Shown here one piece after another: positions 22,561 to 35,335 of a stretch of DNA of 57,491 nt. The translations under genes were made by a program, and so were the position numbers. Numbering within the stretch: position 1 is the first letter of the stretch; each line of letters starts with the position of its first letter. The notes under the pieces were generated by a model. It was not told the origin of the DNA. It ran no database searches and was given only the letters and a program-made list of their open reading frames with translations. This stretch comes from Klebsormidium nitens (Eukaryota > Plantae > Klebsormidiophyceae), in contig DF237515.1 in assembly GCA_000708835.1 (NCBI GenBank), forward strand, positions 1-57,491, given 5' to 3'.

Positions 22561-24929
22561 AACTAGTGTGCTTGACGGCTAACGTTGTAAGCTAGTAGGG
22601 GACTTCAGCATAGACAATTGGAGGCATTCGTTTGTACTCATATTGGAGAGCAGGTAGCAGTTTATAGGCCGGGACAAGCTCGCGCATCATAGCAACAACG
22701 CAGGTAGATGAGGCTTCGTAGACACAAGTAGGAACACTTCTGTAACTTCCATGTAACATGGCGTCGGAACTAGGGTGAAGCAGATTTTAAGAGACTCTCA
22801 TCATTAGCCTGCTTCAGTGCCAGCTTGGTAAGCCGACAGCCCGGGACTTCAACAGACACCTCCGTTGATTGTTGGACGTTTTCTAGTTTGAGTTCCAGAT
22901 AGGGCCGCCTTCCCTCCTCTGGCATCAAAACGACACAAACGAAGCGTAAAGAACCTCTTCTCTGTTGGCCGCCGAGAATTTTGTTCCTCACATGTGGGCT
23001 CCCTCAGCGATCTGACTAGTCCGCAATACTACTGGTAGGGGTGACAACAAACGGGTTCTTCGATGAATGAATACAGCGATTCAATCGAGATTTCCCCCGA
23101 TTGCAAGCAGTCCAAATAGCATCAACGACTTCAGGTCGATACTTATACTATAATCACTCTGTTATATAACTCTGCGCCCCACCAAGAACCGTGAAGAACC
23201 AACCAAGACACACGAAAATTCTGGCATTGCCCACCCGCTTGTCCATGCATGGTCGCCGCCGTTCGTATTCCAGGAGATGGCAATCTGACCTCTGCGGCCC
23301 CTCTGGGCTGACCTGATAGTGACCATAGCAGCGGAGCCGCAAGCCCATTGGGTTTGAGTCATGCCCGACGCTAGGAGCAGTACGCTCAATTTGCCCAATC
23401 GACAAAATTAAGTTCTTCGCACATGCTCAGACGTTCACAGTGGGGCGGCCGTAATTTCGGATGATCATGCACCAGTGCGACTGTTTGGATACGATTGGGT
23501 ACGCTATCAGGTGGAGGTGTACCATTGAGGATTATCACATGCATATGCATGAACTAGAGCACACTCCTAGCTTAAATGTTTGTCCTTATAAAAGTTGTGA
23601 AAGTCAAAGTTTGATACTTGCCATACTTGCCGTTTTGGTGGGAGCTCTCGAAGGGAGCTCTTAATTAGCATCTCAGAAATTACTTGGCCTTCAAAATAGG
23701 TACATAAATTGATGAAAGCCCATTCGACCTATTTAGCTGTTTCTTCATTTTCTGAAACGGTCGCCACATCTTTAACTCATTTCAACGTCGTCGGTTTACT
23801 CAATCGACTGAGGAAGGTAAAACGTGTTGCTACACTCAAAGCGACTGCCACCCGCGAGAGCCACGCTCGGCCTGATCGGCCCACCCCCTTCATGCTGCAC
23901 CTTCAATGGCAACTTCATGATCGAGCTAGGCTTGAATTGCACTGATGTATTTCTGCCGGTGGGACGAACGCGGCCGCACTGCGGCTCGGGGGGAACCAAA
24001 GAAGGTTTGGGGTTTCCGCCACGTCCGGCGCGCGTTTTCTTGCGAACAGTTCGGCTAGGTTCATGTTCCACCAGGCGGATCAAGAAGCCAGGGGGCTCAG
24101 CTAAGTGCCCGGAGCTGGGCAGATTTGCTGCCTAATAAGCACCCGGGGCATTGGTACCATGCCGTCACTAGCCGTCGGACAGCCCCGAGAGAGGTTTGTC
24201 CCGGGAAAACAACAGCTGTCGTCACCCACAATCATTAGGCGTTGGGGACAATAATGCAGCTAGGGAGATCAAAGATTTTGCTCTGGACAAGTGGCCAACC
24301 TGTCACAGCTCAAGGCGGCAGGCCCGCAGCATGCAGCCTGAGCAGGGAGCATCAGTGCAGTGTGCACATCCTGCTCGCCCAGCATCTGCCGCAGCCTCAG
24401 GAGAAGGATTTCCAGCTTCCTCACAGATGCAGACATCGAGGGGCGACGTATCCGAGGCTGCTTGCGGTGGTACACCGTACAGGCCCGTTGGCGTCGCGAC
24501 AATCGACAATCTCGAGGCTCTCTCAGCTCCTTGCTGCAGCAACCTCCTCGCCAAGTTGTGAAACATATCTTGCTGCACTCTTGTACAACACCTGTACAAC
24601 ATCTAGGGAGCTAGAGAGAGCCACGAAAGTGACAAATGCAATTGGGTGGGTATTTCCAATAAATACACCTTGCCTTCTCTGCGGCTTTTTGCTGAGAAGG
24701 GGTAAAATCAGATTATGGGTGCAGGCTATTACTCCTGGAACTTTTTACCAGAGTCCTGTGCCGGCACGGAAGAGCGAGGCCAGGGAAGATTGGTGTACTC
24801 AGACACCGTCGTGAATGTAGGACGACAGAGGTGACCAGGTGTCCTGTCCAAGCGGCACCTGTGTAGAGCACAGAGTGGCGCTGACGCAACCACATTGCGC
24901 TGGCTAGTCCTCGGTGGCCTGTTCACATC

Positions 24930-27900
24930 ATGTCAAGTGTGGAGATCCTGCAGGCACCGCGGCCAGATGTGAACAGCACCTCTGCAGAGGACGGCGCTGC
25001 GACGAGCTGGGAGGAGTCGTACAAACCTTTACCCGTCATCTTCCTGGTCTTGTTTGGAATATGGGCAGCACTTCTGGCCCTGTGGTGCGTGAACACCTGG
25101 ACAAAGCGGCGCTATCAGGTGAGGCGGGTGCATGCAGCCAGATCCTGATGCAGTGTAGGCACTCTTGACACCACATTGCGCTGTCCAGTTCTTCAAGTCT
25201 CTCAACTGCTGGTCACACGTGTGACGTAGTCGCATCACGTCACATTGCTGTCTGAGGATACACTCTGGGGAGGTGTTTGCTGCTCTTTCTGAGAAGGGGC
25301 TTTGAGATAATGCATGACCAAAATGCTGCCACGAAATGCTGCCTCGAAATGCTGTCCCAAGATCTATTGCTTCCTAGCTTCAAATCTGGAGATGTCTCTG
25401 TATCACACCGTCCATTCCGCGTTCAGACTTGCTCAGTAGTAATACAGCAGTGCTTTTCAGTCACCTTATGTTTTCAGGAGAGTCAATGCCTTTCTCATGT
25501 TCTGCTCGGGACTTCTTCGGGGTGCCTGAAATTGGAATGTGTGCACACTGTTTGCAGTGTCTACAGCCTGAGTGAGTAAGCAGATAAGCGGGCAGTAAAG
25601 AGAAAATGTGCAAGACAAGCTTCAGCGTGTCACTGCGGGTGCTAGCGCAGGTCACAAAATTTCCTCCACTCTGAGACGCGCTCCTGGCGGTTTTGCAGTT
25701 GAGCAACCTGCAGTGGGCTCTCACATCGGTGCCGCTTCTCAAGACGCTGGTGCTTGGCATGTCCCTCGTCTTCTGGTGAGCATTGTCTCGTCGCCGCTCA
25801 TGGAAATGCTGGTGTCATTGATGATGGCTTGCGGCGTGAGAACGACACGCTCGTGACACTAGTGATCATGCAGCAGACAATCCGACAGTGCGTCAAGGGG
25901 CCTTTTTTATTTGTTTTTTTGGAGAGACAGTGTCATTGTGTGGCGGGACAACGTACAAGCCGCCTCGGAACTTTGACCAGCAACCTGGTCAGCTGCTCAC
26001 AGCACATTGTTTGTATCATCTTTTGAAAGCTGACGATTCCACCCCGTCTGATTGTGTGTTAGCCAATTCTGAACTCATGTGGATTTAGGGTTAGGTAACA
26101 GCCTCCTTCAAAACCAAGGACGCGGTCACAGCAAGCACACTTGACATCTTACCCGGTGACCAGTTTCCAGTCTGAGCAAAGCTCTTGAGTAGCGCACCAG
26201 TGATCGACCTTGCTCACAAACCTTTCACTCCTGCAGTCTAGTTTCCCATTAAAACTTTGTTTGCAACCTCTCACATAGATAACCAGCTTCAAAGAGTTTC
26301 TGTCTGTACCTTCTATACCCAAACTTGCAAAACTTCTGCCCTAACCGGTCGCTGCGTCCCCCTCGCTGATCTGTCCTTGGCTGTCTGCCCGCAGGTACTC
26401 GTGCCTCTCGCTGGACACGTGCTCCTTCTGGGTGGCGTTTGGCGTGTTTGTGTCGCGCATCTTCTTTGAGACGTCCTGCTTCGTGGCGTTCCTGCTGCTG
26501 GCCCATGGTTACTGCATAACCCATGAGCAGCTGACCCTGACCGAGCGCCGCAAGATTGCGGTGCTGGCGGGCCTGCTCTACCTCACCCTCACCGGCTACA
26601 AGGCCGCGCTGCCCCAGTTCTCGGTGAGGCGTTCGCGACAACTTGACTTCCAGAAAGGGGGAGATATGTTTTCTCTGATGGCATTGGATGGCTCTTTTGT
26701 TCGCCTGACTTATCACGGCTTGGAGGCATGCAGAGTAATGGAAAGAAGCGATTGCTTCATAGCAGGAAGTGTAAGCTGCTGAGATGCATCATGTCATTAT
26801 TTTGAGGAATGTCAGGTATCTTGCTTCCGAGCATGACTGTCATCGGACCCTTCATGTCCCTGCTTCAGGCCAAATCCTCAGTACATCTTTTTAGGAGGTC
26901 CGCAGTTTCGTGGTTCCATGAAAGTCATGTTGTAAATCCAAGCAAGCATGATCCATTTGGAGGGTTCCTTACTCTGAACGTGTGCTCACTTGCGTTGCTG
27001 CCCTGGCCTGGTGTTATCCCCAGGTGCTGGTGGCGGTGATCTACCTGCTGCTGCTGTTCGTCATCTTCCACCAGACGGGCGTGAACCTTGCGCACCTGCG
27101 CGCGCAGCAGCAGGGCATCCTGGAGGACGGCCTGCAGGGAATGTACTGCGCAGTGCACAGCAAGTACCGCATGTTCAGGTGACGACACGAGACGAGACCG
27201 GCTTGTTTGCCCTGCCGAGCGCTCTGTTGGGTGGCTGCAAAGTACCTAAACGAGTGCAGTGCAGGCTGAAATCCATTTGCTTCGTAGGAAGTTATGTAGT
27301 GCAATCATGTATTCTGGCGCCTTCTTTGAACTTCCGGGTTTTGTGCCCATGTCGAGCACCAGCCCTGCGTACTTCGTTGGAGGGCGGGAGTTGTGAGGAG
27401 GCTTGGGGTTTTAGTTGCACGATATTCGAGTCTGGCAGCCTGCCTGTTGGATTTGCTATGGGATCGCCAATTGCCCAAGACCTCAGCCAGGGTGTTGAAA
27501 TCGACTCGTGTGGGAGGAGTACGCGTGGCAGGCAATTTCTGCTCCCATCTGAGATCGTTGCCGCTGCCCGTGCAGGCGCTTCCAGGGTGCGATGGCCTTC
27601 ACTCTGGTGGTCGAAGTGCTGGTGAGCACTGCTGGTCACAGTTGCGTGTCTCGTGTCAACGCGGAGCGGGTGTGGTCTTACAGGACATAGAGCAAGTGTC
27701 CTGATCTCAGTCATGTCGCTTCAAGCGTTTCGTCGAGGCGCAAGTCGTTCCGCTGAGGCGCAAACAATTGCGCTCTGAGGTACCTGCGACAGAGCAGTCT
27801 TTCCCCCCGTTGCTATTCAAAGTGGCTGCCTTCGGGTCTACCGTTACAAGCAGGACGCTCTTGTCTGACCGCAAGCGGATTTATTTGCGGCTTTAAGCTC

Positions 27901-30273
27901 CCTTCCAGCCCACAACTTATGGTGTTTGTCGCGTCCGTTTTTTGGGAGAAGTTCTCCCCATCTTTAACTCCTCGCCCTCAAAAAGAGTCGCAGAGCTAAC
28001 CTCTTTGCATCCGTTCTCCCGATCACAGTATTGGCAACACAAGTTGCCCTACTTCTTTCCTTCTCTCGTTCCGGCGGACAACTCCTCGTTGTCCTTGCCG
28101 GCGCTGACCCTTTGTTTGGCCGCTTGCCTGCGCTCCTGTGGTTCAGATGCATGCCGGGGGGGAGGGTATGGCCGATGAGTACTGGATCCGGTTGCTCGTG
28201 CGGGAAGTCCTCGAGCTGGGCATCTTTGCGTTCATCGGGTAAGGGGGCCCGCGCTGCCCGACAGAAGGTTCTGTGCTAGGAAGAGAGCCATTGGCTTTTC
28301 TTATATGAATTGGATGTTTAATCATGAAGGTGAAGCTGCCAGTTGTTAGGGAAGCGGAAGCGCGACTGCATGCAATTGGTGACGTGTGCATATAAGCAGC
28401 CTGGAGAAAGGGCTGAAGCTTGCTACCCGTGTTCGTTGCGTCTGCTGTCAGGATTTGTGGTCAAGGAAGCCGTCCGAGTCCGTGGGTGTCGTGAAACTGC
28501 GCCACCTTTTCCTTTGCTACTGCCTGTGGTTTCTTTACACCGGGTTCCAAAAAGATTGAGGTAACTCAAGTCGACGTCAATCCAGAGCCGGGATCGAAGT
28601 CGTCTTTCCGTTCTGGTGCAGGTGGACGTTCCGGTCGCGGCAGCAGAGCCCCTTCTTCGCAGTGATTCCGACCGTCCAAGAAGAGGAGGGCCCGCGGAAA
28701 CTGCCGCCCATCCACAGCGTGGTCAGTGACAGCCCTTTCGTTTCCCGGCATCGTTTGATTGCGCCCCATGGTTGCTCCTTTAGCCATTCCCTTTACTTTC
28801 TCTTTTGTGAGGAATTTGCTGCTTTCGTCCGACAATCTCCTTGACCAGCAAGATGCGCCCCACTCGCCAGCCCAAAAAGAGGTTTGTATTGGTTTCCCAA
28901 TTGAAGCAGCTGTGGCCCACTTAAAGAAGCGGCACATTCTGCTTGGCTTTTAGATTCGTTCAAGTTTTCCTGCGGCACCATCTTCAGGCGGAGATGAAGA
29001 TCCACAGGCGGCGGTTCAAAGCGATGTCTGAATTCTTGGCGACTTCTGGCTGCTCGACGAGGGGTGCAGGATGCTCGATGATGATCAACTATACGCTATT
29101 CTGAGCCCGAAGGGCAGTGCGGATAGCAAGATTCACTGAGAGTTCCTTGGCCTCCTTTGGTGCGTAGCACCTAATGTCGATGCTGGCGGCCTTCTTTTTT
29201 TGCAATCTTTCCTTCCTTCGTGTTGGTAAGGTTCCTGAGTGGTGTCTGTTTGGTTCCAAGTACCGCTCCACAGTGCGTCATGCGCGCTGTAAACGGTATT
29301 TCTTCGGCTAGTGACGGTGACAGCGATTTATACTGGCCAGAACACCTCGTGGGTTGGGCCCACAGGGACTTCGCAACTGGTTGAATGCGGTTTATTCCTC
29401 GCCGGTTGATTCTAGAACCCAAGTCCGTGGGCCCGTTCGGCCCCCAGGGTGCTCGCTTCCTTGTTTGAACCTCTCATTTGGCTGCAGGAAATGGACGAGA
29501 ACGAGTTCCGAAGCGCCGACTTCCGAGATTGGCACATCGGGGTGGTGAGTGAACTGGGCACACGAATGGACGACAGCTTATCAATCAGCGAGCCCTAGAT
29601 TTACCGGATGAAGGCCCTTTGCTCTGTCCCAAAGCACCTCCAGTTCCCTCTTCTCGTGATAGACCACGTCGTCTGCCACATACAAAAGACGTGTTTCTTT
29701 TCAGCTTCTCTGCCGTTCAGAAGAACATTCTGACGAGTTTGCTTCCGTGTGCAGCCCGCGAGTGCAGCCTACGGCGCCCCGTACGGTCCCGCCATGATCG
29801 TCATCGTCCAGAATCCGTGCGAGCTCATGATGGCCGACCAGCCAATCCCGAGCCGCCACCTCAGCACACCGCCTCCGGCGCCCCAAGCCTCTAAAGCGCC
29901 CGATCCTATGCACCAGCGGCGAGTACCTACTGGTTTCGGAAAGGCTATAGAGGAGCGGCTTAGAGCGACATTCAGGTGTGGGGCGTTGAATCCTTCAGTT
30001 TCCCAAAGGGTGGGGACTTCCAGACAAGCTTTTGGTTCTGCCTTTGAGAAGGCGGAGCCAAAGCTTGTTACAGGGGCAGCGGGAAACGGTAAAGAACTGG
30101 GTCTGTCACAGGACTGTTCGCATTGTGGGAAGCCGGTGGATCGGCCCTTGGTCGAAAAGAAACTGGTCGTGGGGTCGAAGATTGGGGGTTTCGGGGAAGA
30201 TGTGCAAACGGCCGCGATGGGTGGGCTAGAGTGCCCCGACAAAAGGCGGCATGCCTGGGGCTCTCACACATGA
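24930..30273 (+). CDS. Uncharacterised plant-type seven-transmembrane protein (GOST/lung-7TM-like), 9 exons, ~487 aa
   Basis: Exons 24930-25118, 25699-25775, 26395-26623, 27024-27178, 27576-27621, 28147-28238, 28622-28721, 29488-29544, 29755-30273 (GT-AG, in phase). Seven hydrophobic segments. WEESYKPLP, NLQWALTSVPLLK, AHGYCITHEQL, YWIRLLVRE, GWTFRS and WHIGV match, from memory, a conserved unnamed land-plant family. Confidence 0.85.
25321..25359 (+). repeat. 13-bp minisatellite x3 in intron 1 of the 7TM gene
   Basis: aaatgctgccacg / aaatgctgcctcg / aaatgctgtccca. Confidence 0.8.
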
Positions 30274-32674
30274 GCGAGAGGGACGTCCCCGTGTGTTGAT
30301 GTAGATTAGTCGTCAGTCAAGTCAGAGCATACAAGCTCAAAATTGAACGGAAGAGTCTCTCAAAGCGTCGAGTGCGCTTTTGAAAGTGGCAAACAACCAT
30401 CTCTTGACAGTTAGCAAGCCTGTCAAGTCCCGAACAGATTGTACCAAATGCCCCAGCCACAATCGAACATATAGCTGGCCTTCTTTGTTGAATCCAGCTT
30501 GATTACATTCACCTTTGGTGCTTCATAGAGAGTGATACTGCAGGCTAGGCTAGGCTAGGATTTGAGATGACTCGGAGCTGGCGTTAAACTTACCATCTTA
30601 AGAGTCACTGCCACGTGAAGGCTCAGAATGTAAGTAATGATATAAAAGAACTGCCGATTTCAAAAAGATATCCTGAAGTTGACGTGAGTCCGACTTGAAG
30701 TCCGCAATTCAGACAACTAAGCCAGGCTGATCGGCCCTTTTGCATGCACCTCACTTGCCAATAATTGGTCGTATATCAGACCCGGTAGAATTCGGATGCA
30801 CTCCCTGCTCATGAATTGTATAGCAAGCTAGCTGGTCATTTCAATCCGGCCTAAGTAGGCGGCTGTGCACGGTTGATGATGAGGCTCAGTGGCCGCATGC
30901 GCGCGCCTTAATAAGGTCCGCCTTCGGTCATGCATGCCAGGGTTCAACGGTTGCTAGCGCGCTGCCTGGCATGTGTTTGTTGATTGACTGCCTGCAGATG
31001 ACACGATCCGATCGGTCACGGTCTGCGCCCAGCTAGCGGCGGCAGGAAATTGCGATCACACGGAAAATAACTAGCTATAGCTTGCTGCTAGTAAAAGTAA
31101 TAATATAGTAATAAATGACTCAGTGAGCTCATTCAATATTTTTCAAACACGATCAGTGACTGAACATGGCGTATAGCAGCGAGCAAAATCGACGTGTAGA
31201 GCTTCTAGTACGAGCAGCGCGCATGGATTCTTACCCGACGCATCAAGACTCAGAAATATGGCAGGCCGCGCCGTGCGCGTGAGCTCTGTACGCGCTCTGC
31301 AACATATATTATATTTCATCATGTGCATGCGCAAATTACCATATCATTCGAATCACAAGGCGTATACATGGCATTGGGTACCCGCGCGATCGATCATTGG
31401 CAATCGAATCATTCTATATGATCCGAAATGTATCATAATGTCTTAAATTGCATGAGACTCATGCAGACAATGAGGGATTTGATGACACTAATAGCATAGT
31501 ATACGCCGCGCGCGCTATAAACTAGCCGCCCTGCTCGCGTGCACAGTTCAGACCCATAACATGATAAGTAAACCTGGTATGTTTACACCAGTGAGCCCAT
31601 GCCGCCTAGTTAGCTCTGAATTAGCGGGCCTTCTCCACAGTGGCACATGACACAATGATGCACATGATCAGATCTGAAAGAGCAAATGGAGACACCGATC
31701 GAACTTTTTTAAGGCCCTCATCCAGTCAATCAATCATCATCTTGAATGCCTTACAATCGAGATTGGAGCCAGCCTGCTAGAGAGCAAACGAAAAGCGATT
31801 GAGCCTGGCAGCAGTTTCCCGCAAAGCAAAGAGTTCTCAGGCCTAACAGTCCCAGCTAGGTGGCCGTCCGACAAACACATCGGATTGATCAAGTCACGCA
31901 TTTTCAATAAGCAAAAGCCAACTGTTGTCCTCCGCCTCAAATCAGCCATTGCAATTGCAATTGCTCTATCTCAATTACGGTAAAGCTCGCTATGGTCCGC
32001 GGGGGCGGCCTGTGCGCTTACAGCGCTTGAAGCAGACCTTTCAACACAAGCTTCGACGGGTACCTGCAAACACGACAGAAAGCAGTGAGCTATGAGGATG
32101 GCAATCGTGACGATCGGTTCGGGCCTATGAAAAACAATGTCTACTTCGGCATGATGCGTTTCTCCAGAAATTTAGAGCACAGGCAGGCCCGCAGCCTCCA
32201 ACAGCATACAAAAACTCAAGCAGCTTGCAAACTCTTCTAAAAAGGCAAAGTCTCAAGGCAGACAGCGGACATCACGCATGCTGCTCATCTACATGCGAGT
32301 GCCGCAGCAGGATTGGCAAGCTCAAAAAGGAAACAGCGCACACCCAGATGAACCTGTACTACAGTTCGCAACTCCTTGACAACGCAACAGCTGTATGGAG
32401 AAACCTCAGCAGTTGCGTTCCTCACCCACAGCTGCCGCAGCCTCTTCCCCCCGCCACTGCAGATCAAACACCATGCACCGACCCCTGCTCGCGTGAACTA
32501 GTCCTCACCAGTCTTTTCAAAGGTTGCGTAGCGTCTCCAAAAGCACCTCGATCATTGCTTAAAGCAACTACGTTGGCCGCCCGGGTTAATTAACAGCCTC
32601 GCCCCTTAAAATCAAGCTGCGCACCAACCTTGGTCGCACCTGCCCTCTCCAAAGCCGCGCCCCCTAAACGCGCT

Positions 32675-35335
32675 CTATTCAGAGGGCGGCCCTTTCAGCT
32701 CCCCAATCGCTTTTCCCAGCAGCCGGTGGAACAGGCCGGGGTGTTCGCGCTCCAACTTGGGGCACTTTCGGAGAATTCTCAGCGCTACCCCCGGTTGCCC
32801 GACGTCAATCAGATTGTAGACGAGCCGGATCACGTTGGACAGCCGCACCGTGACTCTGTCTTCTAGACTCGCCTCAAACACCGCCACCGCGGCATCCAAC
32901 AACCTCTTCCCGACAAGAAACTGGAACAGGCACTTGTGGAGCCGCGTGGGCGGCCCCTCGTGCGCCACCTGTCCCACCACGAAGCGCCGGTGCTCCTCGA
33001 ACGCGGCCATCAGCGGGATGACGTCACCCTCCCCTTTGCGCAGCTCCGCCTCGAAGAGCGGCGTCGGCGTGTCGATGGCGTAACAGCGGCCCCGCGCGTC
33101 GAGCCAGCGGATGACCTGCCACGCTTCGGCCGTGTCCCCCGCCCGCGCTTGCGCCACCAGCAGAGACTCCAGAGCCACGTCGACTCCAGGTACAGTCCGG
33201 TACGGCAGCCCCGCAGCAGTGACACGTGGCAGCATCGCCACGACCTGCGCCAACGCCTCCCCGGCCTTACTGACGTCACCCGCCTCGAGATGCGCTCGGC
33301 CTTGCTCGAGCAGCTTCCCCCCGACCTTCAGCCGCGCTGCGTCAATTTTTTCAACAAAGGCCGGGCGTCCCGCGCGGTGGTATGCCCGGGCGAGGACTTC
33401 GAAGGTGCGCCCGTGCGGCATGGCCCCGCCGTTGCGAAGGACGGCCAGAAACTCGAGCCCCGTCTGCTCGTACCCGTGCTCCGCGTACTGGGCGACCAGC
33501 GAGTCAAGCATTCTTTCGTTGGGCTTCGCCACGGCTTTCAGGTACACGTCAAGAAGGTATAGCGCCTCGAGAAACTTGCGCTCCTGCGAGAGCGTCTGGA
33601 TCGTCGTTACAAACGGCGCGTAGTTACCTGTCTCGCCCACTAGCAGGGTCGCCCCCACGGCCAGCTCCAACTGCCGCGCATGGATCAGGCTCCTCACGAG
33701 GTCCCTTCCCGCCGACTGCACCTCGTCCAGCGGCAAACCTTTGCCCAGACTCCCCTTGAACGCCGCCACCGCCTCGTCGAACGCCCCCGCTTTCATCAGC
33801 TCTGCCGTCAGCACCTGTTCCGTCCGCATGCGGCTCGCGGGCTCCTCGGGGGGCCAGCAGTCCTGCACCGCGCGCGCCAGCGCAAAGTGGCGCCCCCGAG
33901 CCAAGTACCGGGTCACTGTGGTAATGAGGGCCGACTTCCGGGACACCCGCGACCGCTCCATCTCCATTCCACATGCGACGCTGAGACCCGCTACTAACAC
34001 CTCCCGGTCCAGGGGATCCCCCTGGAACCCCTTTGCGAGCATCCGGCAGGCCCGATCCAGGTGCGCCCACTCACAAAGGCCCCGTTCGACCCGCGCCGCC
34101 AGCTCCGCCCTAACGTCTGCAGTGGCCGGCAGGGACCGCAGAACGTCCAACAGGGCCTCTGCTCCAGCCTGAACATGATCGTCGGAACTGGGGTCCTTCT
34201 CCGAATCGCCAGCCGACTTCGTTGGCGGTGTGATGCTTTCGCGCTCGGCATGCAGAATCCGGACCTGAGTCTCTGCACGGACCTCCCGCTCTCGGAACGG
34301 TTCTGCTGCTACCCGCCTTCCCTGTTGCTTGAGCATTTCTACATCCACCCTCTGTCCTGCGGGCACCACCCCGCTCCTCTCTTCACTCACCAATCTTCCT
34401 TGCTGCGAACGCCTGTCTGCTGTCTCAGCCCCCTTTGAAAACGCGTCTCTGCCCTCCACCTTCCGTTCTTTCCCCCTGATATCCCCTTCAGCCCTGCCCC
34501 TCCCCTCCAATTGCCCAACCGCTGGCCCTCTCCTTTTCGCCTCCGCCCCTCCTTTGTCCTCCACGAGCAAAATTGCCTCCCCTTTCCTTCGCCTGTCTAG
34601 TTGCCAGCTTGCCCCATCCTGTTTCCGTGACCAGCCGCCCAAGACAAACTGCCCCGTCAGCTTAAACGCCCGAATCCTCTCCTTTTCCACCTCATCCTGA
34701 AACACCCACCTTGACGTGGGGCCGTCTTCAAACCACTCCACCTCGTTCTTCATTGCTAGGTAGTCTCGCACACCCAGCCCACGGGGACGAACCCCTCGAA
34801 AGCCTACGCCAGCCATTGGCTCCCAGTCAAAGACTTTCTCCGTTTGCAGTCCTGCTCCCCGCTTCTGTGGTTCCCGGCTTGCTGGCACTTCAACTGACTG
34901 GGGGGATGCAGATGAAGCCCTGGCTCCTCTCCCGCTGGTCGCCGGACGCTCGTGTTTGGCCCCAGACCAAACTCGCTCTGCCGTCTGCATTTCCGAAGTG
35001 TCTCCTTGAGCTCTTTTCCAGCCACCCTCCGCCAATCTTTCTCCGTTTTTGGCACGCCATCCTCTGCCGTTCATGTCGATCTCGGCCTCCGAAGCGCCCC
35101 CAAAATCGTGCTCCACAGCTTCGGCATACTCCAAGGCCTGGCCAGAGAAGCACCTGGCCTGGGGCCTGCAATGTCCACTACAAATCAGCATCAGTGCAGC
35201 TGTAAGCCTGTTCTTTCCGACAAAGTGGCGGGCCCCCTCTTGCGTTCCTCCGGATGAAGCCCTGCCCGGCCTAGCCCCAGATTGCAATCCTAGACAACTA
35301 AAGCTCCAAACGAATTGTTCGAAATCCTGGTACAT
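32675..35335 (-). CDS. Intronless PPR-like helical-repeat protein (886-aa ORF), probably organelle-targeted
   Basis: Single long ORF. A charged, disordered N-terminal part is followed by degenerate ~35-aa helical repeats (PNERMLDSLVAQYAEHGYEQTGLEFLAVLRNGGAMPHGRTFEVLARAYHRAG; LESLLVAQARAGDTAEAWQVIRWLDARG). The exact start and any extra exons are uncertain. Confidence 0.7.
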   Translation of the reverse strand: MYQDFEQFVWSFSCLGLQSGARPGRASSGGTQEGARHFVGKNRLTAALMLICSGHCRPQARCFSGQALEYAEAVEHDFGGASEAEIDMNGRGWRAKNGERLAEGGWKRAQGDTSEMQTAERVWSGAKHERPATSGRGARASSASPQSVEVPASREPQKRGAGLQTEKVFDWEPMAGVGFRGVRPRGLGVRDYLAMKNEVEWFEDGPTSRWVFQDEVEKERIRAFKLTGQFVLGGWSRKQDGASWQLDRRRKGEAILLVEDKGGAEAKRRGPAVGQLEGRGRAEGDIRGKERKVEGRDAFSKGAETADRRSQQGRLVSEERSGVVPAGQRVDVEMLKQQGRRVAAEPFREREVRAETQVRILHAERESITPPTKSAGDSEKDPSSDDHVQAGAEALLDVLRSLPATADVRAELAARVERGLCEWAHLDRACRMLAKGFQGDPLDREVLVAGLSVACGMEMERSRVSRKSALITTVTRYLARGRHFALARAVQDCWPPEEPASRMRTEQVLTAELMKAGAFDEAVAAFKGSLGKGLPLDEVQSAGRDLVRSLIHARQLELAVGATLLVGETGNYAPFVTTIQTLSQERKFLEALYLLDVYLKAVAKPNERMLDSLVAQYAEHGYEQTGLEFLAVLRNGGAMPHGRTFEVLARAYHRAGRPAFVEKIDAARLKVGGKLLEQGRAHLEAGDVSKAGEALAQVVAMLPRVTAAGLPYRTVPGVDVALESLLVAQARAGDTAEAWQVIRWLDARGRCYAIDTPTPLFEAELRKGEGDVIPLMAAFEEHRRFVVGQVAHEGPPTRLHKCLFQFLVGKRLLDAAVAVFEASLEDRVTVRLSNVIRLVYNLIDVGQPGVALRILRKCPKLEREHPGLFHRLLGKAIGELKGPPSE

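Noticed and set aside
29089-29271. Antisense ORF inside intron 7 of the 7TM gene
   Set aside because: It is short, has no recognisable domain and has no splice support.
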